Shown here: positions 1 through 8,886 of the stretch, piece after piece
How positions within the stretch are numbered: position 1 is the first letter of the stretch
Layout: every line of letters starts with the position of its first letter
Translations under genes and position numbers: made by a program
Virus record (IMG/VR): IMGVR_UViG_3300044613_002638
Location: 32,001-96,000 of that record
Source: a virus
Reading direction: 5' to 3' (one strand)
DNA length: 64,000 bases
The notes under the pieces: generated by a model
Database searches by the model: none
What the model was told of the DNA's origin: nothing
Seen by the model: only the letters and a program-made list of their open reading frames with translations

Positions 1-476
1 GAAAATTTGTTAAAGTGAATTTTCCTCCGTTTCAACATTATAAGGTAGACGAAAACGGAGTGCCATATTGTGTAGGTAAAAGTCACTGGCAAGGTGATTT
101 GATTAAAGGAAAATTTAATCGCGAACACGGAACAATGACTAGAACACTAGCACACATGTTTATGAAGTTATGCGAACGGTACGCTACCAGATCAAACTGG
201 CGCGGATACACCTACAACGACGAAATGCGTAGTCAAGCATTACTACAATTATCACAGATAGGATTACAATTTGATGAAAGTAAATCGCAGAACCCTTTCG
301 CTTATTACACTGCCGCTATCACTAATAGTTTTACTAGGGTTCTTAATATCGAGAAGCGTAATCAGAACTTACGAGACGATATTCTCGAAATGAACGGACT
401 CACACCAAGTTATACAAGACAGGGCATGGGTTCGTGGGGTGGCGGTGCTCCAACCGGCGATTATAATGACGATTAA
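1..476 (+). CDS. gp55: T4 gp55-like late-transcription sigma factor (5'-truncated)
   Basis: Motifs 'NWRGYTYNDEM' and 'FDESKSQNPFAYYT' are typical of gp55. The frame is open to the window edge and lies upstream of gp47/gp46, as in T4-like phages. Confidence 0.8.
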   Translation, partial: KFVKVNFPPFQHYKVDENGVPYCVGKSHWQGDLIKGKFNREHGTMTRTLAHMFMKLCERYATRSNWRGYTYNDEMRSQALLQLSQIGLQFDESKSQNPFAYYTAAITNSFTRVLNIEKRNQNLRDDILEMNGLTPSYTRQGMGSWGGGAPTGDYNDD

Positions 477-1767
477 CGTGTCTCGAGTAGTTTTTCCTAT
501 TAGAACTCAACCTGCTTGTTTACTAAAATGGAATTGGAGCACTATATATTTTCAAAGCGGCACTACCGCTTCGTGTCATCGGACTCAAAAATACAGTATA
601 GATCCTGATAACTTTAACGATTTTCATAATTTGCCCGATAAGGTAAACGCAAGAAAGCTGATGCTTGATGGTAAATGGCCTGGAGCTGGTTGCCAATATT
701 GTAAAACAATAGAAGATGCAGGAGGTATAAGTGATAGAATTTTCCAAGTTCAACAACTATCAGATAGTCAATTGGTGCCACCGGAGCTGTATAGTGATAA
801 TACCGCTGTTAACATATCTCCTACTATACTAGAAGTATACTTCAAAAATACGTGTAACATGGCCTGTGTTTATTGTGGACCACACTTTAGTAGCAGGTGG
901 GAAGACGAAAATAGGAAATATGGTTCGCCGCATGATGAATCGGCTGACGCATTTAGTATAACAGTAAACCAGCAAAATGTTCACTATAAAAAAATGGTAA
1001 ATGATCTGTGGAATTTTTTAAAAATCAACAACAACGCCAAAAAAATACAAAGGTATCATATCTTGGGAGGCGAACCATTTCTATTAGAAGAACTTGATCA
1101 AAGTATAGCATTCTGGGCGCAGTATGGTCACCCAGATTTACAATTTAGCATTGTCAGTAATCTAAATATACCACACACGCTATTTCAAAAATATCTTAAA
1201 AAATTTGAACTATTGGCAGATAAAAAAAAGATATGGCGTTTGCAACTCACTGCTAGTTTAGATTGTTGGGGCGATGAACAAGAATATATACGATATGGTT
1301 TAGACTTGGGTTTATGGAAAAAAAACTTTAACCTATTGTTAAACAAGCCATGGATTTATCCATCTATTAACAGTGCCATATCAGCACTTTCAATAAAATC
1401 GTTGCCACAACTTGTTGAACAAATTAACATTTGGAATTTAAATCAACAAGATGTAGTAGAAGAATTTAGGAGTTATTCTAACCAAATACTTCATAGTTTT
1501 AATACAACTAATGCTGTAGATGAGGTATACATTTTTTCTGGTGATGTTTTTAAAAAAGATTTTGATGCAGTTATTGCTGCAATGCCTGAAGAAACCGATA
1601 CACAAATTGGGCAAAAACAAATGATGGCTGGTATGGCATCAAAAAGCAGTCAATGTAAAAATAACATTGAAAAAATTAAAAATCTTAAAAACTATCTAAC
1701 CAAGTTAGATCAAAGACGTGGTACAAATTGGCAAATAACTTTTCCATGGTTAAAAAAAATAAATTAA
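466..1767 (+). CDS. Radical SAM protein with N-terminal Cys-rich (twitch-like) segment
   Basis: CNMACVYC (CxxxCxxC) and GGEPF motifs; additional N-terminal Cys residues (SCH, CQYC). The likely start ATG 466 overlaps the gp55 end. Confidence 0.85.
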   Translation: MTINVSRVVFPIRTQPACLLKWNWSTIYFQSGTTASCHRTQKYSIDPDNFNDFHNLPDKVNARKLMLDGKWPGAGCQYCKTIEDAGGISDRIFQVQQLSDSQLVPPELYSDNTAVNISPTILEVYFKNTCNMACVYCGPHFSSRWEDENRKYGSPHDESADAFSITVNQQNVHYKKMVNDLWNFLKINNNAKKIQRYHILGGEPFLLEELDQSIAFWAQYGHPDLQFSIVSNLNIPHTLFQKYLKKFELLADKKKIWRLQLTASLDCWGDEQEYIRYGLDLGLWKKNFNLLLNKPWIYPSINSAISALSIKSLPQLVEQINIWNLNQQDVVEEFRSYSNQILHSFNTTNAVDEVYIFSGDVFKKDFDAVIAAMPEETDTQIGQKQMMAGMASKSSQCKNNIEKIKNLKNYLTKLDQRRGTNWQITFPWLKKIN

Positions 1768-1826
1768 TCATGTTTTTATTATCAATCAATTTGATTTCGT
1801 ATATTATAATAATGTAAAATAGTAAA

Positions 1827-2846
1827 ATGTCTAACTTATTCAAACGAGCAGCAGTCTGTACAGATATACACTTTGGTTTAAAAAGCAATAGTCAAACACA
1901 TAACGAAGATTGTTTAAATTTTATCAAATGGTTTACTACTAAAGCACGGGAGGAAGGATGTGAAACAGCGTTTTTTCTTGGAGATTGGCATAACAATCGT
2001 GCTAGTATCAATATTGTCACTCTTAACTATAGTCTCCGTGCTTTGGAACATCTCAACGACAACTTCGATCGTGTGTATTTTATTCCTGGCAATCACGACT
2101 TATACTATCGCGACAAGCGGGATGTTCAAAGTGTTGAATGGGCTAAACATCTTCCGAATGTGGTCATTTGTAATGATTGGCTACACCACGGTGATGTTAT
2201 TGTGGCCCCTTGGTTGGTAGGTGAAGACTACAAACGTATCCCTAAACTGAGTGCCAAGTACATGTTTGGGCATTTTGAATTGCCTACATTCTATATGAAT
2301 GCCATGGTACAGATGCCCGACCATGGCGATGTAAAACGTGAAGACTTTACAGGCATCGAACATGTGTTTACTGGACATTTTCACAAACGCCAAACACAAA
2401 AAAATATTACATACATTGGCAACTGTTTTCCACACAACTATGCAGACAATCACGACGATGAGCGAGGCATGATGATACTAGAATGGGGACAAGAACCTGA
2501 GTATCATGCCTGGCCCGATCAACCTAGATATCGTGTATATCAACTAAGTGATGTTTTAACTAACACTGATTCATTGTTGCACAAAGGCATGCATGTACGT
2601 GTTAACCTCGATGTTGATATCAGTTACGAAGAAGCTACGTTTATTAAGGAAACTTTTGTAAACACTTACAATCTCAGAGAAATTACACTAATTCCTCAAA
2701 AGACAGTAAGCGAAGATATTAACTATGATATTACTGGTAACATTATGTTTGAAAGTGTTGACACTATTGTAACCAATCAACTTACAAATATTCAAAGTGA
2801 GCAGTATAATAAAACACTGTTACTCGACATCTATAGAAATTTATGA
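1827..2846 (+). CDS. gp47: Recombination endonuclease, Mre11/SbcD-like
   Basis: Metallophosphoesterase motifs DIHFG, GDWH, GNHD and GHFH; paired with gp46. Confidence 0.92.
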   Translation: MSNLFKRAAVCTDIHFGLKSNSQTHNEDCLNFIKWFTTKAREEGCETAFFLGDWHNNRASINIVTLNYSLRALEHLNDNFDRVYFIPGNHDLYYRDKRDVQSVEWAKHLPNVVICNDWLHHGDVIVAPWLVGEDYKRIPKLSAKYMFGHFELPTFYMNAMVQMPDHGDVKREDFTGIEHVFTGHFHKRQTQKNITYIGNCFPHNYADNHDDERGMMILEWGQEPEYHAWPDQPRYRVYQLSDVLTNTDSLLHKGMHVRVNLDVDISYEEATFIKETFVNTYNLREITLIPQKTVSEDINYDITGNIMFESVDTIVTNQLTNIQSEQYNKTLLLDIYRNL

Positions 2847-3538
2847 AATTTAGACACACTAAGTTTTGGCAGAACTACGAAAAATTTGACAAAATAGTTG
2901 GTAATTCTTCAATGAGATGCACAATAGATGCTATCATTTATTGGAAACTGTTTCAACATTTTACGTTTAATAAAATTTTAGAGATTGGCGTTTACCAAGG
3001 ACTAACATCTGGTCTGATGCTTGAGAGTAGTAATGCAAATCTGATTGGTGTTGATCATTATTTAAAACTGGATGTATTTAATTCTGTTTTTAAAGATTCT
3101 GCTGATCGGGCCACATTTATAAGTAGTACAAGTCAAGACTTTAGTACTACAGAAACATTTGATTTTATATTAATTGATGGAGACCATGCCGTTGATATAG
3201 CCTATCAAGACATAGTAAAATTTACACCTCTTCTATCTCGAACAGGTATTTTAGCAATAGATGACTACAACGAGGTACTAGTGCCAAAAACTGTACACAA
3301 ACTTCGCTCGTTAGGATTAGTTCCAATGATTCAAGCCGAGCAAACAGAATTTTGGCATTACCCAGATCAAGATCGATCAGCATTTTTAGATAATTTGTTG
3401 GTTGATAAAATCAGTCAACTTATTTTATTATACAACATTGATTTACATCATTGCACTGTACTAAAAGCTAAAACAGTTAAGGCATTCACCGACAATATAG
3501 AGTTATTTGACAGAGCGTTGGAACTATACGATGTTTAA
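2843..3538 (+). CDS. Class I SAM-dependent methyltransferase (Methyltransf_24-like)
   Basis: Motifs ILEIGVYQG, FDFILIDGDH and GILAIDD. Confidence 0.8.
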   Translation: MKFRHTKFWQNYEKFDKIVGNSSMRCTIDAIIYWKLFQHFTFNKILEIGVYQGLTSGLMLESSNANLIGVDHYLKLDVFNSVFKDSADRATFISSTSQDFSTTETFDFILIDGDHAVDIAYQDIVKFTPLLSRTGILAIDDYNEVLVPKTVHKLRSLGLVPMIQAEQTEFWHYPDQDRSAFLDNLLVDKISQLILLYNIDLHHCTVLKAKTVKAFTDNIELFDRALELYDV

Positions 3539-5300
3539 AATTAAAACACTAGCAGTTAAAAACTTCATGAGTGTAGGAAATGCCACTCAGGCTGTTCAGT
3601 TTGATCGTAGAGATCTTACTCTAGTACTAGGACAAAATTTAGATCTAGGCGGAGACGACACAGGAGCCAGAAATGGAACTGGCAAAACAACCATTATTAA
3701 TGCACTAAGCTATGCGCTGTATGGATCTGCTCTAACTAATATCAAAAAAGATAATCTTATCAATAAAACCAATGGCAAGAACATGTTGGTTACCATTGAG
3801 TTCGAAAAAGATGGTATTGACTACAGAATCGAGCGTGGTCGTAAACCCAACACAATGGCATTCTATGTGGGCGGCCAAGAACAACAAATCACCGACGAAA
3901 GTCAAGGTGATAGTAGAGAAACACAGGCAGAAATTGAACGTATGCTTGGAATGAGTCACGACATGTTCAAACACATTGTGGCCCTTAACACTTATACAGA
4001 ACCGTTTTTAGCATTGAAGGCCAATGATCAACGAACTATCATTGAACAGTTGCTTGGTATTACTATGCTGAGTGAAAAGGCTGACGCACTCAAAGAGCAA
4101 TTAAAAGCCACCAAAGACGCTATTATACAAGAAGAATATCGTATCAAAGCAGTTACAGATGCAAACGGCCGTATACAAGAGCAAATTGAAGCCACACGGC
4201 GTAGACAAAATCTATGGAGAAATAAACAAGTAAATGAGTTAATAGAACTTGAACGAGCCTTAGAAGTTGTAGGCGATTTAGATATTGATCAAGAATTGCT
4301 CAATCATGACCTATTAGAAGAATACAATACCAAAACAAATAAACGTAAAGAAATATCTAAATGGCAGGTTGCATGTGAGTCAGAACAAGTGCGACTGTTA
4401 AAACAATTAGATAAACTAAAGTCTGAAATTGAAAAATTAGAAAAACATGAATGCTATGCCTGCGGTCAGGCAATTCATGACAGCAAACATGAGGAAGTAC
4501 TAGAAGAAAAACGTAATACACTAAAAGAAACTAGTTTACAATATCTTGCCAATGATACACAGCTAGCCGAGCATGTTGCGGCACTGGCACTTGTTGGTGA
4601 CCCAGGGAAACCCCCTAAGGTATTTTATGACAACAAAGAAGATGCTATCAATCATAAAAATACTGTGGCAAACTTGCGTCAACAACTAGAAACAAAACAA
4701 GCGGAAGTGGATCCTTATGAAGAACAGATTCGCGAAATGGAAACACAGGCGCTCGAAGAAATAAATTACGACTTAATTAATGAACTTGTTAACGTTCGAG
4801 AACATCAAGAGTTCTTGCTTAAACTATTAACCAACAAAGATAGTTTTATACGTAAACGTATCATTGATCAAAACTTATCATATCTAAACGCTAGACTAAG
4901 TCAGTATCTAGATCGTATTGGCTTGCCACACACTGTCAAGTTTCAAAATGATTTGACTGTCAGCATTGAAGAATTAGGACGCGAGTTAGATTTTGATAAT
5001 CTAAGTCGCGGCGAACGTAATAGATTGATTCTAAGTTTATCGTGGGCATTTAGAGATGTGTGGGAAAGTTTATACCAACCTATCAACTTGCTATTCATTG
5101 ACGAAGTTATTGATACCGGTATGGATAGCTCGGGTGTTGAAAATAGTTTGGCAATACTAAAGAAAATGTCACGTGAAGGTAATAGATCAGTCTGGTTAGT
5201 ATCACACAAAGACGAACTGGCTGGTCGTGTTAATAATGTATTGAGTGTGATCAAAGAAAATGGATTTACTAGCTACAATACGGACGTGGAAATAAAATGA
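3531..5300 (+). CDS. gp46: Recombination exonuclease ATPase, Rad50/SbcC-like
   Basis: Walker A NGTGKTT, coiled coil, zinc hook CYAC, signature LSRGE and Walker B LLFIDE. Likely start ATG 3531. Confidence 0.93.
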   Translation: MFKIKTLAVKNFMSVGNATQAVQFDRRDLTLVLGQNLDLGGDDTGARNGTGKTTIINALSYALYGSALTNIKKDNLINKTNGKNMLVTIEFEKDGIDYRIERGRKPNTMAFYVGGQEQQITDESQGDSRETQAEIERMLGMSHDMFKHIVALNTYTEPFLALKANDQRTIIEQLLGITMLSEKADALKEQLKATKDAIIQEEYRIKAVTDANGRIQEQIEATRRRQNLWRNKQVNELIELERALEVVGDLDIDQELLNHDLLEEYNTKTNKRKEISKWQVACESEQVRLLKQLDKLKSEIEKLEKHECYACGQAIHDSKHEEVLEEKRNTLKETSLQYLANDTQLAEHVAALALVGDPGKPPKVFYDNKEDAINHKNTVANLRQQLETKQAEVDPYEEQIREMETQALEEINYDLINELVNVREHQEFLLKLLTNKDSFIRKRIIDQNLSYLNARLSQYLDRIGLPHTVKFQNDLTVSIEELGRELDFDNLSRGERNRLILSLSWAFRDVWESLYQPINLLFIDEVIDTGMDSSGVENSLAILKKMSREGNRSVWLVSHKDELAGRVNNVLSVIKENGFTSYNTDVEIK

Positions 5301-5827
5301 AAATTGGAATTACTGGACATAGTCGTGGCCTAGGATTGGCCCTTGCTAATAAGTTATCTGCTAATAATCAAATAATTGGTTTTAGTAGATCTAATGGCTA
5401 TAACATTGCACATGTACATGAAATAATTAAGGATGCTCTAGATTGCGATATGTTTATCAATAACGCCTATAACAACTATTATCAAAGCGATTTATTATTA
5501 TATCTATTTAGATTGTGGCAAGATAATCCAAATAAATCTATTGTGAATATAGGAAGCACTGTAACTACATATCCAAGAATTGAAACGGAAATAGATCATT
5601 TACCTTGGGCATACCGTGATCATAAAATTGCATTAGAACGTTTATTTAGACACTTAGTTAAACAAACACATAAATGTCACATGTTGCTTGTAGCACCAGG
5701 TGCCATTGATACAGACATGATAGCACATCATAATGGTATAAAAGCGTCGGCAGACCAGGTAGCTGATATTATAATTGATGCAATATCTAAACCATTAATT
5801 AAAGAAATTACCATCTATGAACAATAG
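5297..5827 (+). CDS. Short-chain dehydrogenase/reductase
   Basis: ITGHSRGLG Rossmann motif, INNA, YxxxK (YRDHK) and PGAIDT. Confidence 0.82.
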   Translation: MKIGITGHSRGLGLALANKLSANNQIIGFSRSNGYNIAHVHEIIKDALDCDMFINNAYNNYYQSDLLLYLFRLWQDNPNKSIVNIGSTVTTYPRIETEIDHLPWAYRDHKIALERLFRHLVKQTHKCHMLLVAPGAIDTDMIAHHNGIKASADQVADIIIDAISKPLIKEITIYEQ

Positions 5828-6938
5828 ATATGGGTTTCAATTTTATCATTGGCATCTAGAACCCAGTTCTAGATGTACACTCAAATGCCCTAGATGTCCT
5901 CGAGAAGAAATGTCTAAAAATATTCCTTGGCTACAGAAAGATATCTCCCTTGAATTATTTCAAAAAGTGTTCAGTGAAGATATGTTGAAAACACAAGTCA
6001 AAAGAATTACTATGTGCGGAGATGTGGGCGATCCTATTTACTGTCGAGACTTTTTAAAAATTTGCAGCTATATTAAACAAGTTAACTCTAATATTCACAT
6101 TTATACAATTACCAATGGCAGCTACAAAAACCAAGACTGGTGGACAGAATTAGGAAAAATATTAAACGAACGCGATACTGTTGCATTCAGTATTGATGGT
6201 TATGATAACGCTAGTAATAATTTATATAGAGTGAATAGCAACTGGGAAAGTATTATTACAGGGGTAACCACGTTAACTGCTATGCGCAGGGCACATGTCA
6301 CATGGGCCACAATTGTTTTTGCATTTAATCAGGACCATTTGGAACACATCGAAGATTTAGCCAGATCCCTCAATTGTGATAGTTTACAAATCACAAAAAG
6401 TATTAAATTTGGATCAAGGTTTGAATCCTATATGACAGATAACAATTTTGATGCTTTAGAACCCCGACCAGAACATGTGAGTCAAAGCGGAAGATACGAA
6501 AGATATAGTGTACAACTAAGCAATCGTTTGATAGACAACACAGATTATTTAGAAACGAACCAGGTGCTTTGGCAACGAACAGTTGAAGAATACAAAAACA
6601 AATATGTTATTCCTTTGTGTCTAATAGGAAATAGAGGATTATATTTAAACGCTGCTGGACAACTTTATCCTTGTAGTTGGGTAGCTGCCCCGCACTTGGG
6701 CAGACATAGTCCAGTCACCGGAAAAAATTTAAAACTAGAAGATAGTTTATTTAGAAAATACGAGCACTTGTTTGATACACACAATCGTACTCTTGAAGAA
6801 ATTATTAACGATCCTGTTTGGGAAAAATTGTTTCAAAGTTGGAACAAGCGTGAAAATTCATTCATTGAGTGCGAGGAAAAATGCATAAGCAATCAAGTTG
6901 AAAAGTCGAATTACAGTGTAGGATATTTAACAAACTGA
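5817..6938 (+). CDS. Radical SAM protein with C-terminal SPASM/twitch-like Cys motifs
   Basis: CTLKCPRC; C-terminal C...YPC...CEEKC. Confidence 0.85.
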   Translation: MNNRYGFQFYHWHLEPSSRCTLKCPRCPREEMSKNIPWLQKDISLELFQKVFSEDMLKTQVKRITMCGDVGDPIYCRDFLKICSYIKQVNSNIHIYTITNGSYKNQDWWTELGKILNERDTVAFSIDGYDNASNNLYRVNSNWESIITGVTTLTAMRRAHVTWATIVFAFNQDHLEHIEDLARSLNCDSLQITKSIKFGSRFESYMTDNNFDALEPRPEHVSQSGRYERYSVQLSNRLIDNTDYLETNQVLWQRTVEEYKNKYVIPLCLIGNRGLYLNAAGQLYPCSWVAAPHLGRHSPVTGKNLKLEDSLFRKYEHLFDTHNRTLEEIINDPVWEKLFQSWNKRENSFIECEEKCISNQVEKSNYSVGYLTN

Positions 6939-6976
6939 ATATTTTATCAAGGAAAAATTATCATAACTAATGCTGT

Positions 6977-7411
6977 ATGTCATGGCTATTCGAGTCCACA
7001 CCGGTGGAATCACTTCCTGAAGATTGCGTTGGATTTGTGTATTTGATAACAAATACTGTATCTGGGCGCAAATATATAGGAAAAAAACTAGCCAAATTTT
7101 CAAAAACTACAGTAAAAACAGTAAAACTTAAAAACGGTACTAAAAAGAAAAAGAAGATCAGAAGCAAAATAGACAGCGATTGGCAACTATATTATGGCTC
7201 AAATGACGAACTTAAAAAAGACATACACACACTAGGCCCAGAGAAATTTACTAGACAAATACTATATTACTGTAAATCAAAAGCAGAATGTTCATATATT
7301 GAAGCAAGAGAACAATTCCGACACCAAGTCTTAGAATCAGATGATTATTATAACGGACATATACAAGTCCGTGTCCATGGCTCTCACATAAAAAACAAGT
7401 TAGGCAGTTAA
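6977..7411 (+). CDS. Small GIY-YIG nuclease (EndoII/Seg-like catalytic domain)
   Basis: GFVY-(10)-YIG, YYGS, conserved Glu (YIEARE) and YYN. A very basic insertion follows YIG; there is no C-terminal DNA-binding domain. Confidence 0.8.
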   Translation: MSWLFESTPVESLPEDCVGFVYLITNTVSGRKYIGKKLAKFSKTTVKTVKLKNGTKKKKKIRSKIDSDWQLYYGSNDELKKDIHTLGPEKFTRQILYYCKSKAECSYIEAREQFRHQVLESDDYYNGHIQVRVHGSHIKNKLGS

Positions 7412-7815
7412 GCTAGCACAGGCTAACATCGTGTGCCCTAGACCTGGTTGAAACATATGCAGGGACGGAAGCCTTCTCGCTGCAAGAAGCACTCAACTAC
7501 TACCCGCAAGGATGAAGATCGCAAACGCCGCGATTTAGTTGTTTGAATAGGATAACATGGCTAAAAAGACGTACTAGCGATAGTACACGTTTGCAATGCA
7601 GGCTGATATTTGTATTGTAAACCGCCGTTGTATAAAGACGGAGCTCGAGGTACCGGACAACCGCCTCTGTAATGCTCTAATATCAGTGACTGTGCTACTC
7701 AGATGAAGTCATACTTTTGCCCGCCCTGGGCAAAGAGTGACCAATTAATCTAGATGAAATCTAAAAAACAAATTGATGAGCGTAAGCGAAATCAATAGAC
7801 TAACGAAGTTAGTCT
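7412..7815 (+). ncRNA. Candidate large structured non-coding RNA (family not recognised)
   Basis: ORF-free, GC-richer ~400 nt with more than 10 consecutive helices, GNRA loops and G-U pairs. Includes a loop pseudoknot (7603-7608/7681-7686) and a long-range helix (7414-7421/7690-7697). Confidence 0.6.
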
Positions 7816-8045
7816 TAAAAGAATGGCATTCCAGACTTTTTAGCAGTTTCTAAATTGTCTTTTACAATTTCACTTATGATCTTTCGATCTTCAAAGCCAA
7901 GTAACATGGCTTCATCATAGGTAATACCGCCGCGCATGTACCAGCAGAATCTTAATATTTCGTCTTTAATTTTTCTTACTTGATTTTCGTAGCTCTTAAC
8001 TAAACCTAGAATGCCGTTGGTGTCGAGTGTTAAGAGCTGCTGGCG
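7815..8045 (-). CDS. gp51-like / tail-chaperone extension, probably reached by -1 frameshift from the upstream gene
   Basis: Open frame RQQLLTLD...FCWYMRGGITYDEAMLL...SGMPFF* (76 aa), missing from the ORF track. It has no ATG in its first half and begins at the slippery site T TTT TTC. Confidence 0.7.
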   Translation of the reverse strand, partial: RQQLLTLDTNGILGLVKSYENQVRKIKDEILRFCWYMRGGITYDEAMLLGFEDRKIISEIVKDNLETAKKSGMPFF

Positions 8046-8878
8046 AAAAAACTTGCGTAGTCAAATGTCAATGTTATATCAAATGTTTTAGTACATTCGG
8101 TACAAGTTCCTGCTTGTGATTTAATTGCGCCTTGACGATTTACTTCAATAATTTTATTCTGTAGTTCTTTACATAAATCAGCATCACAATTAAAATAAAA
8201 TTCTTCAATGAATTCTGGTTCATTTACTATGGTGCCAGTGTTGACTATTTCAATGTACTCGGTGTTATCAACTAGTAATTTTGCATTTAAATCAACTAAA
8301 CGAGATATATGTTTTTTATACTCTGCTACTCGGTTAATATCTTCGCTGCCGTCTAACGCTATGTTTTCTAGTACTCTTTGCTGTTCATAGTTAATTTTGT
8401 TTGTTTCGTTTAGACTGGCGTAATGTTGCGGTTTAATTTTAATTTTAATTTGATCATGTTCAATTTTTTGATTGTAGTCAGGCACTACCACACTATCTAA
8501 ATAGCCGTTTAAATCTACTTCAAATGTATTCTCTGCTTCGCAGTGCGGGCATTTGGAATCAATACTCATGGTATTACCGTATGAAGCTATTCTAATAGCA
8601 ATCAATACAGAATCAACATCAATACTGGGCATTTGCCATGCATCTGTGATATGCGGACAGCAACTTTGAATAACATCAACTACACCTTGACCATTTAACA
8701 ATGCGTCTGGCGTTTTTAACAGTATTTCATCTCTAGCTGTCATAGGGTAAACAGGTATTTCACCTATTTCTGGTAAGTCTAATCCACTGTTCCAAAATTG
8801 ACCACCACTGGGTAGTCTTAGATAAATTGCTGGCTGTCTGAAATGCGCTCGTAAAGGATTTACGGGTTTTTGGTCCAT
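8030..8878 (-). CDS. T4 gp26-like baseplate hub / tail assembly chaperone
   Basis: 'YLRLPSGG', 'PMTARDEILL', 'LIAIRIASYG', two CxxC pairs (CPHC, CTEC) and a near-terminal FF; adjacent to the tape measure gene. Confidence 0.75.
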   Translation of the reverse strand: MDQKPVNPLRAHFRQPAIYLRLPSGGQFWNSGLDLPEIGEIPVYPMTARDEILLKTPDALLNGQGVVDVIQSCCPHITDAWQMPSIDVDSVLIAIRIASYGNTMSIDSKCPHCEAENTFEVDLNGYLDSVVVPDYNQKIEHDQIKIKIKPQHYASLNETNKINYEQQRVLENIALDGSEDINRVAEYKKHISRLVDLNAKLLVDNTEYIEIVNTGTIVNEPEFIEEFYFNCDADLCKELQNKIIEVNRQGAIKSQAGTCTECTKTFDITLTFDYASFFASSS

Positions 8879-8886
8879 TTTTGATT

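Noticed and set aside
1791-1820. Sigma70 promoter before gp47 (TTGATT-18-TAAAAT)
   Set aside because: The match is weak and the gap is very AT-rich, so it could be chance.
7464-7565. RNase P RNA resemblance (GACGGAAGCC ... AACAUGGCUA)
   Set aside because: Only 4 bp of a P4-like pairing are possible, the spacing is too short, and other conserved regions are missing.
7772-7796. Hammerhead-like core (UUGAUGA-GC-GUAA-GC-GAAA)
   Set aside because: It lacks the conserved C of CUGAUGA. The flanks pair with each other instead of forming stems I and III, and there is no positioned NUH site.
7412-7815. Group I intron carrying the GIY-YIG gene
   Set aside because: No interrupted host gene or 5' intron part is visible. 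The GACU/AGUC pair (7688/7707) is too close to hold P3 and P8, and P/Q elements were not found.
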